DNA of 64,000 nt, taken from NCBI RefSeq assembly GCF_022539665.2, contig NC_081333.1:12152001-12216000 (forward strand). The letters are read 5' to 3'. The position numbers and the translations under genes are program-made. Below, in pieces: positions 24,397-40,000 of this stretch (its first letter is position 1; the number at the start of each line of letters is the position of its first letter). The notes beneath the pieces are model-generated. The model saw only the letters and a program-made list of their open reading frames with translations. It was not told the DNA's origin and searched no databases. The DNA is from Daphnia carinata. Lineage: Eukaryota.

Positions 24397-27300
24397 GTGA
24401 TCAATGTACTTTTGTTTGTTTTCTTTGCTTTGTTAATTTTTTTTTTTCGTTCTGAAACGTTTTGGCGTTGGCCGCTATGTTTTTTTCAAATGTATCCCAT
24501 GAGAGAAAAGTGCGTTCACAACAGTCGGATTTTGTTTATCGTTAGGCACAACAACACAACACGGCACTAGAAACTGCTTACAAAATTCAGTTGTTGTTTT
24601 TTCCCAACACACACTCACACACACATCAAAACTCGTTCAGAAGAAGAAAAAAAAAAAACAACAAATTCCTTCTCTCTCCGAACAAAAAAAAAAACACAGA
24701 AACTTGGGAAACTGAGCAATGGCGGACAAACACGTCTGTGCTGGTCGGCAGCTAGACAAGCAACTGAACTTGACTGTTGGGCAAAAGGGACTGAAAAACA
24801 AGGCGGCGGCGGGCGGTGTTTCTCTCTCTGGCGGTATCCGCCACAAGTCTCTCTCTCTCTCTTTTCTTATATTCTTGGGGCCAGGCTATGTGTGTGTGTG
24901 TGTGTGTGTATATGGCGGCACGACTCAAACACAAGGATAGGAGGGGAAGAGGAAGGGAGAGACCGACAGACGAGGGGGACTTTGGTCGGGTGGTGGGGTC
25001 CCTTTTTTTTTCTCTCTCTCTCTCTCTCTCTTTCTCCTTGTGTTCCAAAGTTTTTTACTGAAATTGGCCTTAGGCAAAAGGGGAAAAAAAAAAATGTGTA
25101 TATATATATATAAAAGAAAGAAAAAAAAATCGTGGCCGGCTGCTGGGCCATGCCGCGTTTTCTTCTAAACACAGGGAAGAGCGTTCGAATAAGCGACCAA
25201 GGCCGGAGAAGAGCATTAAAAAGAATCAGAAAAGAAAAAAAAAGGGTCTCTCTCTCTCTCTCTTTCTTTATTTTTTGAACACAAAAAAAAAAAAAAAAAA
25301 TTGTAGAGGCCATCAAAGAAGGGGCTTGAAAAAGGGGAGGAGAACGGCCCGGTTTGATGGGCTTAGAGGAATGAGCTGCTGGTACGGACAGTCGACACGG
25401 AAGAAGATTTTTTTTTTTGAAACCAACACGAAGGAGAAAAGAAGAAACGACAAAGAGTTTTTCAAGTGTGCCAAACTTGCAATGAATGAAGAACCAACTC
25501 TTTAATGTAAATCCCCTTTTTTATTTATTTTGTGTACCACTCACGGTGGCAACGATAGACAGCCAACAACAATAGCGTTTTAGAAAAAAAAACGTGATGA
25601 ATAACTGATGAATTGTGAACGCGTGAGTTTTTCGGATATCAATGATCCTTTTTAAAAAGAAATGAACCGAACATGAGGCGGGAATAGAAAGATTGCGATC
25701 CTTTTTATTTTTATTAATTCAGATTTTTTTTTTTTTTTTTTTTGCTTCGTTCTTTGTGTGGCTCAATCAAAATGAGTCGACTAACATCTACACACCCGAC
25801 GATTGTGACCCTTGAGGCGCAACGCGGTTTCAAACACAAACGGATGGAAGTCGAGAAAAGCGGCAAAGAGCCGAGTGCACCACACACAGAGAAAGAAGAA
25901 GAAGGCGGCCCGCCTCTGTGTCTCTCTTTATAGTCTCCCTTTCGTCTGTCCTTTCATCCACTTTTCTCATTCACACCGACCTTCTTCTCTCTCTTTCTTT
26001 TTTGCTGCAGCTCAACTTCATTTTTTTTTGTTTCCCCTTTTTTCTGATTTTTCAATTTCTTTTTCTACCTGACAATCAAACATTTGTCGTTTTCCAGTGA
26101 CTTTCTACTCGGGGAAATGGCGTTTTGTCACTAACACGACCGAGAACTGAACGACGCCATTTCAATTAGACTCACGCGTCTCCGTGTGTTGGTTCACTGT
26201 CTGTCCCCGGGAAAAAGAAAAAAACCTTTTAACGTGTTTTTTTGCCGCAATAATAATCATCATAATAAAAGAAAAATAAGTTTGAGGTTCTATAGAAATT
26301 GTTGACTGCTTTAATAGACGGGCTATTGCACAAGGCGGCCGTTAAGATCGTTATCGATGCTGTTCTCGTTCTCTCTCCATGTCTGTTTGCCCAACGATGA
26401 TGATGGAATGCTCATATCTGCCGCCCGTTTGCCGACTGATCATTTTTATATACGCTTGGCTTATTACGACATATGGCGGCGGCAAGTCACTCATTAGTTT
26501 TTATTTTATCCCGACCGGATTTTTTTTTTTTTTTTTTTTTAACCCGCAAACAAGAGTCTTTTTTTTTTGTTTTTTGCGGTTGGGATAAAGTATCAAACGA
26601 GTGAAACAGAGATGTGTACAAGAGATGTCCGGGGTGTATAAGATGTACGCCAAAAAGGGAACTGCCGCTCACGCTGAGCCGAACATGGCGGCACGCAGAG
26701 AGGCAGCACAGCTCATCAAACAAGCAAACAAACATCTTGTTGTTGTGTCAAACGATTCGGAAATAGATACATCACACACAAAAAAAAGACGCAGGCATCT
26801 CTTTTCCTCGTGTAAATAGAGACATTTGACTGGCGTCGTTTTCATGATAGTTTGGTCCGATTTCCGAGTATTATTTTTTTTTTTACTGTTCAAATTGATG
26901 GCTTGACATTTGAGGATGCACCACATGACTTGTCACATTCACCATTTTTTTTTTTTTTTTGCATTACACGAATGCTGTAGATGTGTGACGTGGCAATACG
27001 ACCATTCTTCACGTCACTCACCATTTCTCGTGTGTGTGTGTTTTATTATTTAGCTGAAAGGCAGCTCCTTTGTTGTTTAGATATAGGCTCTTGCATGCAC
27101 ACCTTTTCGAATGAAGGTGTCAGCTTTAGCAACGGATTACCAAAGAACTTTACACCACACAACTAAAAAAAAAAAAAATACTTTGGCGGTTGTCCCTTTC
27201 GTCACATTTCCCTTTTTTCGACGCCCTTTTTCTTTTTGAAGAAAAAAAAATAGATATATTTTAATGTATCCGCTATATATAATTTTTTTTTTTTTTAAGT

Positions 27301-30300
27301 TCGACTGCGTTCAACATCCGCACCGAATTTATTATTATTACGAAGGGAGGACGAGGTTTATATCGTCAACTTTTTCAGGCCAATAAAAAGGGGGGAAAAA
27401 AAAAGTCATCATCAGCTCCTTTTTTTTTATTATTATTATGAACAATATCACGAAAAAAAAAAAAAAAGAAAAAAGGGGATGCGTCATACCGGCGGCAATA
27501 AGTTTATAACGTCGGTCAGTCAACGCCGCCATTTCGCCATCGCCGCCTACCTTTTTTCCTTTTGAATCTGAAGGTGAAGGCGTTTGGGTTTAAAACAAAA
27601 TGCAACCCAATAGCCTCCCATCATCTATATAGCGGCTACTTAACCGTTTTTCGGCGTGATTGAACGCTTTGTTGTTCTTTCTCGAGCAAAACCGATCATG
27701 TTGAACGAAAACGGACGCGGTCTAGTGGATAATAAGAAAAAAAAAACGAAAAGCTTTCAAAATAAGAATACCGTGACTACACGAAGAACGAAAGACAAAG
27801 TTTAGAAAGATTTTCAAACGTTTTTCACGTTAAAAAAAAAAAAGAAGCCGACGATTACCTTAGAAAAAAAAAGTGGGCATACGCTGGCCTCCCCTTAAAA
27901 GCTAATGCAATGTTTGCAGGAGAGGCAAGTTGTCTGTAATTATAAAGTTATACAACACGGCGCTTCAAGAGAATTTTTCCGTTTTCGATGGGGCGTGTGT
28001 TTTTATGTAGGCCAACGAAATTTTAGTTTTATCATATAAATTTTTATTAAAAACACACTGGGGTCGTAATTTCTCCATTTCTTTATTGTATCTCGAATTT
28101 CTTTTTCTTTTAACGCTCGCCGAATCAACACATTTCGAGTCAGGAGTCAAAATCTATCGAGACTGTGACGAATCGCGGTAGGTTGAAAAGTATAACGCAG
28201 AAATGTTTTTTTCTTTCTCTGCCCTACCCGTCACGAATTTGAGCGGTGAAAAAAAAAATAAAGGTAATAAGAAATGAAAGGTACTAGGTAGAAATATGTA
28301 TATAATCACACAGCCCCGAAAAAAAAAAAATAGAAAGGTACAAAAGAAGAAAAAAAGGTTGTACCAAAAAAAATAAAACAGGTAAAGAAAAAAGGAAGAG
28401 GATCGAGACCTGAGGTGGTACGAGCACATGCAAGTGCAACGAAACCCCCTACTTAGACCGCAGCGTGAGAGGCAGAGGGTGTGAAGACTAGAACGGCGCT
28501 TTTAATACACACACACACACACACGCATTTTCATTTTTTTTTTTTTACATTTGAAGAAAACATTTTATTTTTTTTATTTTTACCTTTCTATCGGTTAATT
28601 AGGATTGGAATGTTTTCAGCCGCTGGCTTTTTTCTTTCGCGCGTATCTACCTGAGTTAAGCGTACTCTATACTTATTATTATTCCGTTCTTCTTTCAGAT
28701 TTTCTTTGTAAACCGCCCAGCAGGTAACCCCCACACACCTTTAAGCTGGCCAGTAAGAAACTGATGTGCCGCTGAAAACACGAAAGCCTCGGCTCGATCG
28801 TGTTGTCGAGCTTGATTAGAAAGACCTCCATCATCGATGTTTTTTCCTTTTGATTTTGGTCAGGGCATTCATTCGAACACGATCGACCGCGTAAATATCG
28901 AAGAAAATGCATTAGACTAGTCATGCAATTGTATACAGGATCTGCGCCAAACTTTCTAATTTGTTGATCTCTTCCTGATACATCGCCTTCTGGCTACAAC
29001 TTCGGTTTAATAAGTAATAGCCTAGTAATTACCATTTGAATTATTCAAAAAAAAAAAAAAAAATAGAACCGGCTGTGTATTTGCCCATTAATCTTTTTTT
29101 TTTGTTGTGTGTTAGGGTCTTCCTTTCGTGTTATTGCCTCCGAAGTCCCATCATCATCATCATGTATATAACTGTTGATATCAAAATATATTATAGATGT
29201 GGATGGGAGGAGATCGTATTTTTGTGCCCCTGCGTTAGAAAACATATTCACATTCATTACCCAACCTTTAAAAGACTGATGTATGTAATACGCGGCAGCG
29301 GGGCTCTGTCATCGCTCATGGAAAAGTTCCCCGAGAGCGAAACGTGTGAACACGAACCTCAACCGCCACAAACACGCTGCATAATTTAAAAATGATATTT
29401 TTTTTTTTTGTTCCTTTCGTTCCTAATATTACAACAAACATCTTTCAATACGAATAAAATGAACAGTTATTCACATTTGAACACACGTTTTTTTTTTTTA
29501 TGATGCATCCCACAATAACAACTGGAGGGAGAATTTTTAATAATTCTGTTCCCCCTCCTTTTCTTTTGGAAAAATAAAATGTCTGGGCTGTATATTTCAA
29601 CGAACGGCTGCAACGGAAGAAGGGGGGACATACGTTGATGATAACTTGAATTCATTTTTTTTTTTTTGTCCCCCCCCCCCACAGTATTTTTATTGGACAT
29701 ACAATAACGTGTAATTTGTATCCAACGTCTTCTTCCGTTCGTTGTAAGCGCATCCCAGTGTGTCTCCTTTTCGTGTGTTTGGATGTGTTCCAAAACGTTG
29801 CGGTCATCACCGTTATTAGCGAAACTCGTTGTCGAGAGATTTCTGCGCATTTGAAATATTCTTGTTTTTTTTTTTTCTCGTGGAGCGTTTTCTTTTTACA
29901 AACGTAGACAATATTAAATGTCTAGTGCTGCATTCTATTGTTTTGCGGTGTCATTCCCACCAAAAACAGCAAAAAGGAAAGAGGTTAAATTTTATTTCTT
30001 CGAGCATAGCGACGTTATAGAAAATAATCAAGTTTTGCATCTTCGTAAAAGAAAAATATATACGCATACATAATAAAAATTTTTTAATAAAAAATCCGGA
30101 TAAGAAAGATTAGATTTTTTTTTACATGGAAGAATTCGCATTTTTTGAATATTGAATTCTTTCGTCATCTAAGGAACGACGGTGGAATTTATTCCGTCTG
30201 TCTCTCTTTCTCTTTCTCGGGTCATTATTTTCCCGCCCATTTATTCTCATTTTTTTTTTTCGTTTTAACTCGAGATAAAAAAAGTTCTTCGTCGCTATAG

Positions 30301-32193
30301 ACTCGCCTTACTGCTATACTATCGCGTTATGGTAGTACATATATATACTAGATTTATATTCAAGACAGGAGCAACTGCAACATCATATCACAAGACAAAG
30401 GACGGAAAGCTATCGCGTTCCTTTCGGTTGTTTTTATTATTCAAAGCCGGTCTTTTTTTTTTTTTTTTTTTCTTTTTTAAACAATAATTATTTCCCTCTT
30501 CTTTTTTTCATTCTCTGTCGGACAGTGTCTCTCTCTCTCTCTCTCTCTCCTGTTGCTCACACACAGAGTACATGTACACGGGCTTGTGCCGCCGCCATAG
30601 CTCCTTTCTCCACGTCACAGTGCCCATGCATCATCCGAATGTTAATTACCTCAGACAGGGGAGTTAATACACGCCGCCTCCCGAGCCAACGTTACAGACA
30701 ACACGAACGTATAAAATGTAAAGCATAAATAATATAGCGATGGAGTGTAGATCGCTGTCTCGAGATAAAAATGTCCTATGGCGGATTAAATGGGGAATCG
30801 AGATTAATGGACCCGCACACAAAGCATCTACGCATATACTCTTCAATAGACGACGCCATAAATTCATCGTTTTATTTTTATTTTTCGTAATTATTTAAAT
30901 GGAATGGAAAAAAAAAATGGGAAATAGAAAGCCTATTACATGAAGACAACCGCCGCCAACCGTTTGCTATTGAATTAGAATCATAAAAATGTATGCGTCT
31001 GTTACGGTTGCCCGACGCCGCAATGAACGTCTGTTCGAATCCCAGACGAGACAGATGGGACTGGATCCCCCTCAAAAATACTTTCGTTTTACACACACAC
31101 GGAGCTTGAACTCGACATTCCAGACATTTTTTTGTACAGCAAAGTTCGAGTTTCGGACAATAGGCCATTTCTTGTTCCGTTCACGGTTAATGTTACACCA
31201 TCAGAGCAACCCCTCCTGTCTATTCTTTTGTATCCAGTAAGAAAAAAGAAAAAAAACTATCATCATCCGCTCTTTTCTTTGGCTCTTTAGAAGGCCGTGG
31301 TTGAAACTCGACAATGAAATCCGGTTTGAACTATTCGATGGACAAGAGAAATGTTTCCAGTAGAAAGGAAACTTTAAAAAAAGAGAACCCCACACACTGA
31401 CAGGCCTTCCTCCTCCTCCCCCCTTCGATGAAAGAACCGATGCGCAACTGGCCTACACCCCTCTGTTCAATAGCTCTCATTTGAAACCGGGAGGGGGTCC
31501 TGTTCTCGCAGAGGGCAACAATCGGACAATAAAGACGTCACACGACTTCATACGGAAGAAAAAAAAATTAAATTAAGAGAAGCGGACACCCATGTGACCT
31601 GTGTGCTGATGGTACAGCAAAGCTAACTGCTACAATAGCGTCATCAAGAAAGAAAAAAATAGCTGCGTGGTTGTTGCGGTGCAACATGCCGTAAACCAGC
31701 AGACGGACATAACACGAAACATTACCAAAGAAGTCTTTCTTTTTCTCTCTTGCGGGTGAGGAAAGGCAATAGAGGATGAGAGTGCTGTGTTTCTACTCTC
31801 ACACCGCATTTCTAAATTATAGGTTGCAGCAGGGAAAAAAAAAAAGAAGGTCTTATCCAAAACAGGAAATTATTACAAGCTCTTATCCTCCCTTCTCCCA
31901 AATTCTCAGTACAGCATGTCGTAATTGAACGTATGGCTCTTACACGACCTTACAGTGCTATTAGAGCTAAGTTGGTTTACGACTCTGTCTGTCCGACTTG
32001 TTGCTTTCATCGAGGCAACAACATTCTCCTGACATCTTGTGGAATAAAAAGAAGTGGGGGGGGGAGAATAGTAAAGGAATTAGGCAGAATTAAATATAGG
32101 AGAAAATAGGAAAATTGAGGATTGGATTTCCTGTATGATCCAGCAGTGTATTTTTTTGCGATGGACATAGGTTCACATTTCTAGCCAAAAAGG

Positions 32194-34890
<2,697 letters not shown>

Positions 34891-35911
34891 GTTTGCACTG
34901 GAGTTTAGGTCGGCTCTCCTGCTTACATGTGTACTAGCTGTCTGCTACGACTGCCATCATGCTACAGCAATGGCTAGTATTTAACAGCAACCTTTTCTGA
35001 CGCAACTGCATATTGTCATTGCATTTTTGCGCATGCAGTCAACTAATTAAACACGCAATTCTTGCTATCTCGATTAGTTACGTGCCTTATCTTTACCGTT
35101 CATTTTATTACAACTTAGTTGGAATATCGTGGCGTGAAAAAATGTACTAATGTTCAGCTTTATTGGTTCAAGCTTTAACAGGGAATGTTCAAATTCAAAC
35201 GGCAAACTTTTACAGCTTTAGAAATTCCAAGCGACAGGCACCATAATTTCTGTAGTTAATTATTTTTGTACCGGCAGAAGAATTAAAATTGATATTCTCG
35301 AAAATCAGCGAATTCAAATACTTCCACCATTAGTTGTTATTCTTGCATTCAGTTGGGAAACTTTTTAAAACTTAAACTTCGTCCGCCAGGTGGTGAACGT
35401 CCTCGGTTTGAACAAAAATATTATTATTATTTGTTGCTTGTTCAAATCCAATCCCGTAATGGAATGAACGATATTTTTTGGTTATAGTTTACTCTCTATA
35501 AAAAAATTCATACCTACTGATCTCTGGGGAGAAAAGTTAGACCAAAAGAAAGCAGAAATCGAATTTTTGAACTGTAAAATGCAATTATAGACAATTAGAT
35601 AAGCGCACGGGACTGGAAAGACTTGAAGGTAATGAAACTTCATTTTAACTAGGTTAATTATTTTATAGGGTTTGTCGCTGTCACCAGTGACATATTCCGT
35701 AATCAATGGCAAGAGGTCTTCGGTTCCAATAAGCATCGTGGGGAAAAATATTAACTGGACGTAAAACTTTATTGAATTTCGAACCTATCCGGAATGAAAC
35801 AGCGCGATTTGCGGCCCTATGAAGGAGAAGACAAAATGGGTCATCATACGCGAGAGATATCTTTAAATAGCAAACGTGATGGGTTGGCTGGGAACAACAA
35901 GAAACTCGATT

Positions 35912-37088
35912 TTAACGACTGACGTGAGATTTTCCAACTGGACAGAGATCCCTATTTAAGCATGTTCCACAGTGAGGTTTAACAGGAGTGCAATGTTGCT
36001 GCCCAAAGCCAACCAACAAAACGTTGACTTCGTTCCACAGCGAACGAGGTAGCCAGTCTTCTAATTCTTTTTGGGTGCTTTCGGGGGTCTTAGTGGGCTG
36101 ACGTGTCCACCCTAAACGATTTGCTATTCTATGAACATGCGTATCTACCCCTAGGAATGAAAACAAGATATTTGCACGTAAAGTTTGTTTGACGTATTAC
36201 AGTGACCATTACGTACCAATGCCGACTGTTTTGTCCCAACCAATATTGACAGTGAGAACAGCCATTTTTTGTCCTACTCCGGGAAGTTTGCATAATTCTT
36301 CTACACTTTCTGGAATATCACTGTTGTATTGCTCTGCCAAAATGGCTGCTGTTTTTTTAATATATGATGCCTTTTTCTAAATAATGACAGATATATTAGA
36401 ATTTTTTAAAACACATGGATTATCTTTCTTATACCTTCCAAAATCCAACAGGATGGATCAAAGTTGCTATAACATTTTCATCTGTATTAATGATATTTTC
36501 TATTGTGAGCCCATGCTTTCTTAATTTTTGCATGGCAGCAAAAGTTACTTGGTCTTTTGTTTGACTTGACAACATGAGTGAAACCAGGACTTGAAATCGT
36601 TTAACCTGCAATTAAAATGTACAGTGAATGAGCCCAAAGTTTCTTGATAATAACCTGTAAAACCATACTTCCTGGGAGCTTTCTGCATCTGCACATTGCT
36701 CAGCACCCATATGATCAACTGGGGCATCTTTCTTTGTTCGCATTATTTGGATGTTTTTCAGAACAGTTTCCCAGTTCTCAGGCCTAATGGGTTCCTTTGT
36801 GACATTTTCTTCAACTGAAACAACAACTTTTTTCCTGGCTTTTTTTACTTTGACCTTTTCTTCCACTAATTCGTTCACGTCGGTTTCTAGTTTTATTTTT
36901 AACGCTTTTTGTTTGATGAGATTCGAACGAGTTTGCCGTTTCGGCGAACATGCCATGTTGGAAGGAGCTGGCTGACATTCTTGTTTGGAGATAAAGTAGG
37001 TAGATTTAGCAGAACTCATTTCCATAACTGTAATAACATTAAAAGTGGCTATCTTGACGTGATTCACACGCGGCGAAAACAAAAACAT
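35912..37088 (-). CDS. NTHL1: Endonuclease III-like protein 1 (NTH1 DNA glycosylase/AP lyase), ~329 aa
   Basis: Exons are 37088-36669, 36605-36435, 36376-36217 and 36150-35912. Motifs include [23 protein letters not shown], HhH LPGVGQK, catalytic VDTHVHRI and the 4Fe-4S motif C-X6-C-X2-C-X5-C ([17 protein letters not shown]). The start could instead be the ATG at 37025. Confidence 0.96.
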
Positions 37089-40000
37089 GTCTAATGTTTA
37101 TTTATCTTGCTACCCATGTTGCCAAATGTAAAGTAGGGGAAGCCATGCGAGCTGTTTCCATTTTTCCATTTGTTTTTCCTTATAGTTTACACAAAAATTG
37201 TTTGTAAACATTTTTTTCAATAGAAGTAACATGGAAATAGAATTTCAATGGGTTGTTTTCTCCATGAGAATAAGCTGTCTGTGATCTGAAAGGCTTTTTA
37301 AAAAGAATTCTGAAAATAAATAGCTGATGCCGACCCATTGTTCCAGACTAGAAATCCTTCCGTCATCAAGGATGGGAATTTTCTCAGCGATTTCACCCGA
37401 AGAAACGGATCATCAACTTTGAATTGCTAATGTGAATAAAAAAAGGAATTCTAGAATATAGCGCCTCTTCCATTCGTAGAGCAAAAATGCGAACGGATAG
37501 AATTGTTTAAAACGCTGCGCTGTCATTTGAGTCGGAATGGTTCGTTTCGAATTTATAGTCATCATCAATAACAGGATCTTCTTATCGACATCCATTTTAA
37601 GGTTGAATGGATCTAATCCTTTCTCATTCTTTATTTTCACATGAGCTGTCCACTGTCAACCAAGTTTATTGTCTCAGTTGATCATGGACGGTGACCGAGC
37701 AATAAAAGGCAGTTTTATCTCTCTCGTTAAGCACAATACAACCACTGCATTTTCTACACGTCTCGTCTGCCGACGTGGTTCAATTAGCTCGAGACTGATG
37801 ACTGGACATCTAAAGTGACACATGAAAAAAAAAAAGACGCATAGCGTCGGGAAATTATTCGAGATATACAGTACGTCAGCCAATACAACTTTGCGGCAAC
37901 GTGATTATGTAATTCATGGTCTAGTTGGCTTTATTCTGAATTTTGCTTGGATGGTGGTCGGTTAGAGAAACGCTGAAAGGAATGTAGAAAAACGGAAGAT
38001 GAACGTTGCGTGATAGCCACATAGTTTAAATGCACAGTTTGATTACGTTTTAAATGTCTTTTTCACGAATTTCAGATGACCACGGCTAACTTTCTTTGCC
38101 GTCTAAAAGAAAATACATTCCATCGCCATATAACTTTTTGATGGGCGTCATATTTCACTTAGTCATAGGAACAGCTTGAAATTGGGAAGATTTTGGAAGT
38201 GAATAATTTTTCGACGAGGACGCCAGTGTTGCAGAACTTTTTGGTCGATACGAAGCTTGCCCTTATATTTCCCCTACATTCGTTTAAAAATACATGTTTA
38301 CACGCGATATGCCCACCACGGTCGAATATAGCTTCTGAAGATTACGCACAGCTGTCGTTTCCAAAAAATGTTCGGCTTTTTATGTCCTCGTATTTTTAAG
38401 AGCCCTCTCGTGAAGAAGTGACTCAAGAATTTTGCCATACATGCAGGAGCATTTGTTTGACCTGAATGGCGAATTTTGGAACTCGAGTGCAATGTCCGCC
38501 CATGATTGATGGCTGGGTGTCAAGTCCTATACAATTACCGTCTCTTATATTTTCGAGAACTTAATATTGTTGCCTTGTTCATTTTAAAATCAAGATGCCT
38601 TATACTGTTAAACTGGTTGCTATTCAAACGCCCAGCCGGGACCGTTGCCCATACCGTTTCATTCATGAATATGCTAATGAATGACGAGGTAACACACAGA
38701 CAAAGAGATAACAAGATCTTGCACAAGGATGTCTGGGGGAAAAAGATCTATATCGGGAGAGAAGAGAAATTTCTTTCGACGAATTTTGATTCCTCGAAGA
38801 TAAAACTCTTCGTTCAAACTTTTTCATTCATTATATCGTGGCTGTTGGGGACAGCTCGTGCTCGCATTCAGCACGCAGAGAAAGTTGATTACCGTTGCAA
38901 TTTTCGTTGCATTTCCTCGCGTGATGAATGCATATTAGGCGATGGGAAAAAAAACAGAGGCATTGGTGATGGATCTCTAAAAATGCGACTCCATCATTGA
39001 GCCGTCAACGAGTCGGAAATGTGGCCTGGAATCAAATGAAAGTCTACCATGTCTCTCTCAGCCGAACAAAAAAGGGACATGTTTCCCTTGTGAAATATCA
39101 GTGACATTCAATGCTACTGTCTCTCGGTAATCCCGGGGTGAACGTATAAAGCTTACGAGGAGGGGAGGAGGCTGCAGCAGCTCATATATTATTAGCTCAA
39201 CACACTTACTGGTCGTTCTATCTTTAGCCTCATTTTTTTTTCTTTCTTTTTCGTGTTACACGTCCCTCCTCAATGGCCAAAAGAAGCTTTCTTTTTTCCA
39301 TCACTTATTCGTGCATCAGTCTCAAGATAAGCTTCTAGCTAAGCCCTGTGTCGATGTATTCTTGTTTCTTTTCTCCACTTTTCGTCGATATCACGTGAAT
39401 AACACTTTGTTAAACAGAAAGGTGATAAAAAGGAAACAAGAACACTCTTTTTCACTTATTCAGATTTTTTGATCCTCCTCAACAGTTGCTTAGTAACGAC
39501 ATGGAACAGACTCGTTGGGCAAAACTTTCCTCTGCGAATGCGTCACGCTAGAAACTTTAGTGTACGAGTATAATGAAAGGGAAAACAGCGACTTACCATT
39601 TGCTTTCTAGGCCCTTGGTAGCATATCACAGTCGAATTTAGATGATGTATGAGAACGACCATTTTCCCCTGCAAAAAACCCAACGCATTATATACTTTGG
39701 CAAGTTCTTTCCTGCTGTTTTACCATTTCTAGCAAAAAGTGGATTACCTGAAGCCTTCCATTAATCATCAGCGTTTCTGATCCACAGCAGACGCACAAGT
39801 TTATCGTCTGCTAATGGCCGTTCCTGGCGAAATTACTCAGCAATTTTATTGTTACCAACGTGTACGATGCAAATCAATCACGTACGAGCTTCCTTAATTG
39901 CGGAAGAATTGTAAATTCTGTTGACAAGCTCTTTTAACAAAGAAAAGTCGAACATAATAAACGTATGAGAGGCAAGGGAACTCCACTGCATCGTCAGTTG

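Noticed and set aside
38506..39000. 164-aa plus-strand ORF between NTHL1 and the PLEKHH-like gene
   Set aside because: No domain features, no supporting splice structure and an unremarkable composition.
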